This document shows positions 11,783 through 22,090 of a stretch of DNA of 32,754 bases, in pieces; position 1 is the stretch's first letter; each line of letters opens with the position of its first letter. The stretch comes from Octopus bimaculoides. Its lineage: Eukaryota. The position numbers and the translations under genes are program-made. The stretch lies in contig NC_068983.1 of the NCBI RefSeq assembly GCF_001194135.2, positions 76,789,237-76,821,990 of the forward strand, in the 5' to 3' direction. The notes under the pieces were generated by a model. That model did not search any database. It was not told where the DNA came from and saw nothing but the letters and a program-made list of their open reading frames with translations.

Positions 11783-12958
11783 ATCTTTTGAATTGTATCA
11801 CTAGAGAGCAGTAACGAACTTTGTCTTTCGTCCGACAATTTAGGTGCCAAAGTTCTCAATTACACTCAACGAAAACCTTAAAATAACACCCTCAATCATT
11901 ACAGTTTGTCATTGAATACTCGTTAAATACCCTCACGCCAAACAATTCCACTCATTAGTTACCTTCTATTTCTGCAAAGCAATATCTTTGCAAATGATTT
12001 CACTTTTATTTAGTAAAGCCTAAACAACCTATCCTTCTCTAGTAGCCGAATAAAAATAAAAAAAATTGCAATATGTAATTTTACCACCTATTCTTTCCTT
12101 TTGTCTGGCATCCTTCGAGAAGGCGTTCTGTCCAGAATTGCTGCAACGAGTACACCTTATAGACATATTTTAGAGAATCATGTGTAATGCTATGTGTGGC
12201 TATTTCTCTTTCAGTGGACTTACTGTATAGAAATGACTTAATTGACATTGTTTTTAGACTAAATGCACTTACATCTCTCTCACTCTCATACCTTTACAAC
12301 ACATCATGTATACAAAATTTAGATGGATCCCAACAGTGAACTTGTAATAGCAGAGAAAAAAACAAGGCCAAGATCTTCAATTTGGGTAAATAAAATCTAT
12401 ACTTATTGAATAGATTAAAGAAAATCAATCAGTACTCATGCCAAAGATATAATCAAGGCTAGTCTCTCTTCTAGATTAACGATTGCGATACATAACTTAG
12501 AATTCCTTTCCGATGGAAATGTCATCGAGATTTAAATCCCTTAAACATTGTTGTGATTATTTGCATCTTTTAACGCAACTTCAGTTTTCTTTTATCTCTA
12601 AACTATCAGAATATTTCTGAATTCTCTTTTCCTTCTTATATAGTCTTAACTCACAAAACTAAAAATTAGCATTTTCCCACTAATTCTGTAAGAGACCTGC
12701 TATCATATGGATTTCCATTTTGCCTCTTGCCTCTCTAAACCGAGTACTTTATAGATATTCAATATGTGTCGGAGTGATGCACACAGAATAGGGAGAAAAT
12801 TTCGAGGAATTAAGAAGTGATCTCTCAAAATAGACGTAAGTGCTCAGTAACATATCTACTCTTTCTTTTCAGGTAAAGGGCAATCGTATGTGTGTGTGTG
12901 TTAAAATAATTTAATATAAAATAGTAAATGGATATATATAGATGATATAATATAAAAT

Positions 12959-13307
12959 NNNNNNNNNNNNNNNNNNNNNNNNNNNNNNNNNNNNNNNNNN
13001 NNNNNNNNNNNNNNNNNNNNNNNNNNNNNNNNNNNNNNNNNNNNNNNNNNNNNNNNNNNNNNNNNNNNNNNNNNNNNNNNNNNNNNNNNNNNNNNNNNNN
13101 NNNNNNNNNNNNNNNNNNNNNNNNNNNNNNNNNNNNNNNNNNNNNNNNNNNNNNNNNNNNNNNNNNNNNNNNNNNNNNNNNNNNNNNNNNNNNNNNNNNN
13201 NNNNNNNNNNNNNNNNNNNNNNNNNNNNNNNNNNNNNNNNNNNNNNNNNNNNNNNNNNNNNNNNNNNNNNNNNNNNNNNNNNNNNNNNNNNNNNNNNNNN
13301 NNNNNNN
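12959..13307. other. assembly gap (N run)
   Basis: N run; ORFs 12901..13356 and 12911..13375 are artefacts. Confidence 0.99.
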
Positions 13308-13802
13308 ATATATATATCTGTGTGTGTGTGTGTGTGTGTGTGTTTGTATGTATCAAACAGTTCTTTACAACTCAATGCAATATACTATACTCAAGATTGA
13401 TAATCAGTCGACACATAACTTTATGTACTCGAAAAGAGAATTAATTTATAGCCATAATGTATATACTTAAAACAATAGAGCGCGTTAAAGAAATGAATTA
13501 CATAAAATTGATTCTGTAAGCAAAAGCAGAGAAGTGTATTATATGTCTCTAGTACGGGATTATTAATTAATTGAAATCATTCGCGGAAAGGAACAAGAGC
13601 AACAGAGACTGTTATAAGTGATTTTCAAGCAAAAATGGAATTTATGATAAGAAATTAAAAATGAATTCGTTAAAAATAGAGAGAAGCATATTTATATTCT
13701 TTCATGTTTTCAACAAAAAACTAACTGTGAGTAAATTTGTTAAGAAATTCATAAATGAATTTCTTGAATACATTTTCACTGTCTCCTCACAAAGAAGCAT
13801 GA

Positions 13803-14035
13803 GTGTAGGGGAATTATTGTGCATAATTTTACAACCAAAATGGAGAGATTGATAGTAATCTACTGGTACTAATAAGAGCACCCCACACCCCTTTCAAAGA
13901 AATAAAATTAAATAATCCAAAGGGGGTAAGTAAACATGTGTGTAGGGGAATTTGTGTGCATAATTTTACAACCAAAATGGAGAGATAGATAGTAATGTGC
14001 TAGTACTATTAAGAGCACCCCGAACCCCTTTCAAA
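13803..14035 (+). repeat. imperfect ~96-bp direct repeat (13803-13898 and 13940-14035)
   Basis: Both copies read GTGTAGGGGAATT..TGTGCATAATTTTACAACCAAAATGGAGAGAT.GATAGTAAT...AAGAGCACCCC..ACCCCTTTCAAA; period 137 bp. Confidence 0.9.
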
Positions 14036-14900
14036 TTCACGCATTAGAATATACAATGGTGGGTATGTTTTGGAAGCTATATCATAAATTCCCGACTGGT
14101 AAAATAAAGTTGATAATCATTATTTGTAGAATGAAATTGTAAGCTCGTGATAGGGATTTATGCACACTAGAATGTCCCACTAAACGGAGAGAATCAATTA
14201 TTAAACTATTTCCAAAGAAGCGAAATGCACATGCAAAATAAGAGCAAACAAAAAAAAATTAAACACACAGTTCGCTCTGCGATTCAAGAAATGCTTAATT
14301 TTCTAGAATGATTACTAAGAATTGAATGATAGTCGCAGACAGAATGGTTTCCAAGTGGGCAGTAACACAATTACTTAGATTTCTATAGTTAACTTTCTCG
14401 CAGAATATATTTGTAGATCTCTCAGAACTTTTCACTATATCACCCACCTTAAACTGTGGTTTAACTGTTATTGTGGTACACAGAAACATGGTTTGTTATA
14501 ACTACAGCCTACCAATAATACAGAATATACAATCAAAGTATTAACATGAGACGTGTGGGTTTGCTTCGGGAATTGCCATGGAACAATTCCAAAGTAACAA
14601 GTGGTGTCATACGTGAGAGTGAGATTCAACAAGCCTTTACAATATTTCTAAAGATAACATAATGAAAGTGCATGAAGTGTTTGAAGTAAATGTGCAAGTA
14701 GGAGTTAGATGAAGTCATCTCTTATTTCCCGATAATATATGATGTAACATAATATAATTTAAGATCTGTAGACCCATCTTCATAGGATTAAGACATCTTA
14801 TAGAAGTATCTGATGAAATATACCCTGCTGATTATTAGCAAAACAAAAAGGATAATAGAGCATAGGAGACACACAGATAAATTAATAAATGAAAATAGCA

Positions 14901-14903
<3 letters not shown>

Positions 14904-14949
<46 letters not shown>

Positions 14950-14952
14950 TAA
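14904..14952. repeat. (AAT)n microsatellite
   Basis: Directly visible. Confidence 0.95.
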
Positions 14953-15032
14953 TATTTAAAAAAAACGATTGACGTAACTCTTCACGAAGGTAAATAGTCA
15001 AGACGAAGAATGCGATTTTAGATGTTTCATTT

Positions 15033-15077
15033 TTTGAACAACATTTCGACAGCACGTCTGTCTTTCTCAAGTTCAAA
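15033..15077 (-). ncRNA. minimal type I hammerhead ribozyme-like motif (U3:A8 variant) in the PLE tail
   Basis: Minus strand reads TTTGAAC-TTGAGAA-A-GACAG-acgtg-CTGTC-GAAA-TG-TT-GTTCAAA: 7-bp stem I, 5-bp stem II, GAAA core, UU cleavage-site context. Confidence 0.6.
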
Positions 15078-15224
15078 CCAAAAGCTGATTGAAAATTCAA
15101 AATTTCAGAAACCAAACGTAAACTATGAACGTGAGTAACCAGCGTCCATACGTTGATAGAATGACATCATCAGAAATGTCGATTTCTCATTTTTTTTTTA
15201 AATATAAAAATCAAGTAGATTGAG

Positions 15225-15416
15225 ATGATTGATTTTATGGTACACAGAATAAGAATTGGAACATACAGAAATTCTAGAAGTCACCAAAGCAGCCGGGTGT
15301 CTAAGGAAAATCGTAATGTAAATTACAGCTTTTGAGTTTTATTCCTTCTCACAGTTGGCTTATCAGCCCTGTTAGTTTCGCTAGACCCCAGTGTTGAACC
15401 CAATCCTGGACCAATG
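15225..15416 (+). pseudogene. retroelement-type N-terminal leader ending in a 2A/StopGo-like motif, one in-frame stop
   Basis: From ATG 15225: MIDFMVHRIRIGTYRNSRSHQSSRVSKENRNVNYSF*VLFLLTVGLSALLVSLDPSVEPNPGPM; TGA at 15333-15335. Confidence 0.55.
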
Positions 15417-15590
15417 GACTTCGTACCATTCAAATATGAATCAGAAATTGAGAAATCGACATTTCTGATGATGTCATTCTATCAACGTATGGACGCTGGT
15501 TACTCACGTTCATAGTTTACGTTTGATTTCTGAAATTTTGAATTTTCAATCACCTTTTAGTTTGAACTTGAGAAAGACAGACGTTCTGAC

Positions 15591-15630
15591 TAATAATAAT
15601 AATAATAATAATAATAATGATAATAATAAT
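15591..15630. repeat. (TAA)n microsatellite between the two PLE structures
   Basis: Directly visible. Confidence 0.95.
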
Positions 15631-16890
15631 AGTCAAGACGAAGAGTGCGATTCGATTGTATAGATATTTTATTTGAACAAGATTTCAACAGTACGTCGGT
15701 CTTTGTTAAGTTCAAAATAAGAATGATTAAAAATTCAAAATTACAGAAACGTAAACGTAAAGTATGAACGAGAGCAACCAGCGTCCATACGTTGATGAAA
15801 TGACATCATCAGTTTTTAAGTTTTATAACAGGCGAACAGAAAGAAAAAATAGAAAAAAGAAGACGACAGAAAGAAAGGAAAGAAAAAGAGAGAAAAAGGG
15901 ATATTCAATCAAACAGTTGTGTATAAATTTGATGATATTCTCCTGTCATGATATTCATTCTTCCAGGGAGTGATGTTAATAACCCGCAAACATATTTCTC
16001 CTCATACAGTCTGAGAAGTGAAAGTGGGGTAGATTCAGAATATCTTTTGAGAATATGCACTTTCAAGTCTTCTTCAAAAATGCAGCCGGTTGAAACGAAA
16101 TGTCCAGCAAGTTCTGTTGAACTACTGTTCTTGTGCCTGATGTCGAATCTGTGTCCATTAAACCTTTTTATTTAATTTTTCTGGTGTATAACCAACATAA
16201 ATTAAGTTCTGTTTCGTGCATTCTGCAGCGTACACTAAATGGGAATCTTTACATGTTCTACACTCTGTATAAATCGTAACATTTCTGCTATGATTTCTAA
16301 TGGAATTCACTTCACTCATGTTGTTGCACAATGAACAGTGCTTACCTGTCTTACGGCTGTTCTTTAAGGTACAGCGTACAAATACTCCAATGTTCGTTTT
16401 CTTGGAGTCAGATATAGAGGTCAATAATTCTCTTATGGTCTTTCTTATTCCGTCGAAAGACTACAATGGGAGGCTGAATCTGTTTGAATCTGGGATATTT
16501 TTTTGCCACATGTTGGTAACTTTCATGCAACACTTTTGAAATGCCAGCGAAACGTCGGTGTCAGTCAATCACTAAAGGAATTCTGTCATCTATTGTATTT
16601 TGCTTGCTAAAATTATGCGCATAGGTTTGACTATCTTTGCTAATCTTAGCTATTTCATTTGCTATTTCCTTTAAACGTGATTCACTGTAACCTCATTTGA
16701 CATAATGACACAGAAGAGCATTTGCATGTTTCCAGTAATCCCCGATATCGGTACAAATCCGTTTTATCCTAAAAAAATTGGAATTTCAGATTTGACCAAA
16801 TAAGATGATGTGGATGATCGGAGCGGCGGTGGAGATAAATGTGGGTTGACGTGGGCTTACAAAATAACTCTGTCACTATTCTGCCTCCCA
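15631..16890 (-). mobile_element. 5'-truncated Penelope-like element (Neptune-like): RT thumb, Cys linker, GIY-YIG endonuclease, 3' tail
   Basis: Minus strand: GRIVTELFCKPTSTHIYLHRRSDHPHH; FFRIKRICTD; K*GYSESRL; DRIPLVID*HRRFAGISKVLHE; PPIVVFRRNK; KHCSLC; TCKDSHLVYAAECTKQNLIYVGYT; FNGHRFD; LRLYEEKY; GRMN. Confidence 0.9.
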
Positions 16891-17701
16891 TTTTAGCCTT
16901 TCGACGGAATAAAAACATAAAAGAATTATTGACCTCTATATCTGACTCCAAGAAAACGAACATTGGAGTATTTGTACGCTGTACCTTAAACAACAGCCGC
17001 AATAGAGGTAAGCCCTGCTCATTGTGCAACAACATGAGTGAAGTGGATTCCATCAGAAATCATAACAGAAATGTTATGATTTATACAGAAGGGGAACATG
17101 TAAAGATTCCCATTTAGTGTACGCTGCAAAATGCACGAAAAACAACTTGATTTATGTTGGTTGTACAACAGAACAATTAAACAAATGGTTTAATGGGCAC
17201 AGATTCGACGTCAGACACAAGAACAGTAGTTCAACAAAACTTGCTGAACATTTCGTTTCAAGCTGCTGCAATTTTGAAGAAGACTTGAAAGTTCATATTT
17301 TCAAAAAAATATTCTGAATCTCAGACCGTATGAGGAGAAATATGTTTGCGGGTTATTAACATCACGCCCTGGGGGAATGAATAAGATGACAGGAGAATAT
17401 CATCAAATTTATACAAAACTGATTGAATATTCTTCTTTCTGTCTTTTTATTCCCTTTTTTTCTGTCGTCTTCCTTTTCTATTTTTCTTTCTTTCTGCCTG
17501 TTATAAAACTTAAAAACTGATGATGTCATTCCACCAACGTATGGACGCTGGTTATTCTCGTTCATAGTTTACGTTTAAATTTCTGAAATCTTGAATTTTT
17601 AATCGCCTCTTGATTTGAACTTGACAAAGACACACGTACTGTCGAAATATTGTTCAACGAATAAAATATCTAAACAACCGAATCGCACTCTTCATCTTGA
17701 C

Positions 17702-17702
<1 letters not shown>
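16878..17702 (+). mobile_element. inverted duplicate of the PLE 3' part (GIY-YIG plus tail)
   Basis: ORFs 16839..17117 and 17117..17317 join over a 1-nt frameshift into PPILAFRRNKNIKELL..PCSLC..TCKDSHLVYAAKCTKNNLIYVGCT..FNGHR. Reverse complement of 15631-16479 at roughly 90% identity (estimated by eye). Confidence 0.9.
17614..17657 (+). ncRNA. second copy of the hammerhead-like motif, partly decayed
   Basis: TTTGAAC-TTGACAA-A-GACA..TGTC-GAAA-TA-TT-GTTCAA. Confidence 0.5.
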
Positions 17703-17757
<55 letters not shown>

Positions 17758-17768
17758 TTATTATTATT
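17702..17768. repeat. (TAT)n microsatellite directly abutting the PLE 3' end
   Basis: ...CATCTTGAC followed by (TAT)n. Confidence 0.95.
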
Positions 17769-17884
17769 AATCGTTGATATACCTGTAATATCACATGAGC
17801 CAAATCAAGTTCGCATATATTTATGTAGGAAGACATTTCATAGTCTAATGTAAGGAAGTATGACTATTTGAATGCGAGCACAGG

Positions 17885-18086
17885 TAACGCATAAACACAC
17901 ACGCACGAACACATACACACACACACACACACTCACACATACACACACACACACACATACACACACACGCACACACACGGATAACCATAGACATAAATAC
18001 GAACTTGCACTTTGTTGTCCATTTATAATGTGCATGAAAGTTTACCTTTATGAAGGAAGTTTTCATGATCATGATATTTAGTAAAA

Positions 18087-18120
<34 letters not shown>

Positions 18121-18540
18121 GCAGTAAAAATCTAAATATTTACTGACGAGGGCAATGTATATAACATCAACAACAACAATTAGAAGAGCAAAAACAACGT
18201 GATATAGAACGGCAGAGGCATTAGTAAATGAAAAAAAAAATGAGTGGTGATGATAATGACGACTGTGAAGATTGCCACAATGACGATGATGATAATGATG
18301 ACGGTAACGGTGATGATGATGACAGTAAAGATAATGATAATGTTAATGGGTTGCTGCTCTTGCTAGTGATGCCATGTTGATGATGATTTTAATGATAATA
18401 ATGATAGCGCTGAAGATGATAAATAAATAATATTTTTCCAAGTGCAAATATGCAATAAAGGAAAAAAATGAAGAAATACTGATAACAGCAACAAAATTGC
18501 AATCAATATATCTCGCATAGAAACACACATATATGTGTGT

Positions 18541-18586
<46 letters not shown>

Positions 18587-18720
18587 TTATTTATTTATTC
18601 ATTTATATATATACACATATATATGTGTGTGTGTGTGTGTGTGTGTTCATGTGTGCATGTATATGTGTGTTGGTATACATTCATATTACATATGTCTATA
18701 CGTATGTATGAAGAATAAGG
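17885..18720. repeat. cluster of (CA)n, (TA)n, degenerate (GAT)n and (TG)n simple repeats
   Basis: Directly visible; explains the HT/VC/YI-repeat ORFs. Confidence 0.9.
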
Positions 18721-19149
18721 TAACTTTTAAATGCAAACGCATCTTTAATGGTCCATTTGCGGGATTTTTGCAAGTATATCTTAATGCAATATCTGCTGAA
18801 TATGAATAAAAATATCTAATGAAGTTTGTAAACATCGGTACACCAACCCGCGCCCTATACATTAACTAAAAATACTTTTCAACCTGCCAACCTGCCTACC
18901 TCATGTTCACATTCACACATATGCATATCTACACACGCACAAACACACATACATATATTCTTATATATTACAGCAACATTGAAACGAACTGGAATAGTTT
19001 TGTCGTATATTCGTATTTGCTCCCACAATTGTACACATCAAAATACCACATGATACATTAATGTTATGGAGACATCTTCAACGAAAACTGTAAAGCTTTA
19101 AAATGAACGAAAGTTAATTTGCACATATTACCGTATGTAAGTATGCGTG

Positions 19150-19445
19150 GTGTGGTGAATGTTGGTATGTGCGTATGATGCATATGTGCGTGTATGCGTG
19201 TATATATATTTGTGTGTGTGTGTCTGTGATTCCGTGTATGCATGTGTTTGTACGTGTACTCATATATTTGCAATGAAAATGGTTCTGGTTTCTATGCATA
19301 TATTTAGCGTATATATGCATATGCCTTTTGTACATGCATATCTATCTATCTGTTTATCTCTTTGTATCTCTCTCTCTGCGTCTCTTTATCTCTCTCTCTC
19401 TCTCTCTCTCTACATGTGTGTGTGTGTGTGCATGTGTGTGTGAGA
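19150..19445. repeat. degenerate (TG)n and (TC)n microsatellites
   Basis: Directly visible. Confidence 0.85.
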
Positions 19446-20119
19446 CATAGAGTGAACATATCCATCTTTGTATGTGTTTTTATGCATGTGTATTATGCAT
19501 TTACGAGTTTAATTATATATATACACCTTTACATCATATAGACACGGTCATTTCCTCACGGACATGCACGTATGCATATAAATTTCCATATTCATTTTCT
19601 AATGATATGCAGACTTTGTATCAAATGGCAAAGTCATGATGCTGAATGTTTAGTTTTTGAATTTTACAAACCCTTGTCTGTACAACCATATTTCTGTAAT
19701 ATAGTAGATTAAAACACGTTTGATTGATTGAAATTTTTCATGTTAATCGTAGGTATAAATATGCGCGAGATGTATGAGTTTACATGTATACGGACGGGGT
19801 GGGGATACGGAAAATGTCCTGCCTTTGAGGAGAAGAAAATACATGAAGATCAGTTAATTAATGATTTTATTCAACATATTCCCTTCTCAGATTCACACAC
19901 GTATTCAAAGGATCCTTCTGTTTTTCTAAGCCCTGCGAAAAAAAAAAAAAAAAAAAAATCGGAATGTTGGGGCTCCAATGAAGCTTTTTTTCGATATACT
20001 TGAAGCCAACGACTTTTCAGCAGCCTCGCGTATGTGTAAGTGCATGTATGCGTTTCTATATGTACGTATGTTTTTATGGATTTATTTTGTGACTTTCTCA
20101 CTCAGAATGTTCACAAACA

Positions 20120-20465
20120 TGCGCGCACATACACACACGCATACACTCACACACACACACACACACATACACACATACACATACGCACACACACATACAC
20201 ATAGTCAAAAGATGAGGTCCAGACATTCTCCATGTAGAAAACGTCTTGTAGCGCCAAAATGATTGGGACTTACACTGAGAGTATAGAATGCATATATGAG
20301 GAATATATGTATGAGTGGATATATGTATATATATATATATATGTATATATATATGAAACAGTGCGTGGCGTTCTTTCATATAATAACATAAATAATATAT
20401 AAATATATGCATATATCCATACATGTATGTACATACCTACATCTATATGTATACATACATGCATA
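20120..20465. repeat. (CA)n and (TA)n-rich simple repeats
   Basis: Directly visible. Confidence 0.85.
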
Positions 20466-21741
20466 TATAGGTACAGGACATCACAAAAAAACGTTAAACA
20501 CAATGTGAGACGAAAACATAAGGACGAAGACAGAAAACAAAAAATTTTCTTGAACATCGAAAAAAACAAAGAATGATACACCTATTGATTTGATTGTAGT
20601 TACATACTATAACGTAATTTTCTGTTAATTTCTGTTATGTAAGTTAATATAATGTATCTAGTCTTGTTTATTTTCATATAGACATTGCTTTCTTGTGAAA
20701 TAACGCAAACAATCTCACTCAAACGAGAATTTCAAACAGAGCATGTCATAATTCACGTCATTATTGTTATGGGACGCTGATATTGTTGTGCCTGATCAAC
20801 TTAGTAGAAACGCGGCTCTTTTTAATTTTACTTCTGCCAATAAATAGGACCAGTATGTTTTACGTTGGCTTTAGTAATTTTATGTGATCAGAAACTCATC
20901 AATAATGGTACTCATATCAATCATATCATAAACATATTTCATTAACATAGTCTTAGGATACACTACATTCTGTCCATGAATTATCTCTCGTTGTAATAAT
21001 GATTGCGTCACATATCTCCAATTAAATCCACCCGCTTCAATTTCTTCTTCTCCTCGTAATAGTTGATTTTAGTCCTTGGCTTCACTTCCATCTAAATGTA
21101 AGCATTTCGAAATTAAGTCATACCAAACAAAGCTCTATATTTAAAATAGATGTGATGTTTTCATCGAACTCATTCTATTCAATTGCTCTCAAAACCTTTG
21201 ATTCATAAGCCAATAATGTATTTATTGTTTAAATAAGTAATTCAGATTCTCAGACATAGATATCTATAGTGTGTTTCCTGATTTAGGAGAATGTAAAAAA
21301 AAAGTATATGTTAAAGTATCGGCAATTCCTCTTGTGAATCATGCGATCAGTGATATGAACAAGGAACCTAACTGATATGAACAATCTTAGCACAGAGAAA
21401 GTAACATGAAATTTTATGTAGATAACTTTTCTAACAAAGTTCTTGCAAATTTTCAAAACTGCAACCAAAAGCAGGTTTGGTTGTAAAGTAACTATTCTCG
21501 GAGAGCTGAAGACAAGTTACAGATAATTACAATGTAATGGATTTTAAATCAAATTCTTGTTATTTAAATTAGATTTATTTTGTTATTGATTCATGGAATG
21601 AATTAGCGATGCCGAATCTTTAGAATGGAAAACTGTGCGGTCTCTATAATACTCGTTACTATTGCTACGGTTTTAGAATAGCCTTATTGTGTATTATTAT
21701 ATGCAATTCTTTACATATAAGCATATATATATTTATGTATT

Positions 21742-21753
21742 ATCTATCAATCA

Positions 21754-21850
<97 letters not shown>
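21742..21850. repeat. (TCTA)n tetranucleotide microsatellite
   Basis: Directly visible. Confidence 0.95.
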
Positions 21851-21851
<1 letters not shown>

Positions 21852-21854
21852 ATT

Positions 21855-22090
21855 ATTTATTTCAGTCATTAGGCTGCAGTCATGGTGGGGGGTAATGCCT
21901 TTTAAAGATTAGTCGAAAAACTAAACCCCAATACTGTTTTTAGAAAGTCTGGCATTTATTCTATAGGTCCCTCTTAACCTAACCGCTAAGTGATGGGGAC
22001 ATGAACAAACCAACATCCGCTGCCAATCAATGGTGGCGGGACAAACACAAGGACATACGCAGGCACACGCAGACAGACAAACATACGTGC
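21855..22090 (-). mobile_element. 3' part of an octopus-type SINE
   Basis: TTCAGTCAT...TTAGTCGAA...TTATTCTAT...AACCGCTAAG...ACAAACCAACATC...GGACAAACAC; same family as 22674-22930 and 32275-32500. Confidence 0.75.

Larger units (their letters stand above)
14996..15590 (+). mobile_element. compact non-autonomous Penelope-like derivative: inverted tail, short 2A-like leader, sense tail
   Basis: 15054-15189 and 15449-15584 are inverted repeats (136 bp, 3 internal mismatches by manual comparison plus one just outside). Both are homologous to the 3' tail of the GIY-YIG PLE at 15631-17702. Confidence 0.75.

Noticed and set aside
12640-12745. Minus-strand RQNGNPYDSRSL resembling a Crypton/DUF3504 motif
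   Set aside because: Single short motif among many stops; no recombinase catalytic residues traceable.
13803-14035. CRISPR-like repeat-spacer array
   Set aside because: Only two long imperfect copies in clearly eukaryotic DNA, with no cas genes.
14295-14489. KPQFKVGDIVK resembling the Polinton/Maverick integrase C-terminus
   Set aside because: Similarity is limited to about 10 residues; upstream frames show no integrase core.
16530-16561. Apparent hammerhead remnant ACAC-TTTTGAAATGCCAGCGAAACGTC-GGTGT
   Set aside because: It is the antisense of continuous PLE coding sequence (D*HRRFAGISKVLH) and lacks an intact 5' core; treated as coincidence.
17517-17560. CTGATGA motif in the PLE tail as a second hammerhead
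   Set aside because: No GAAA follows a closing stem II and no stem I partner was found.
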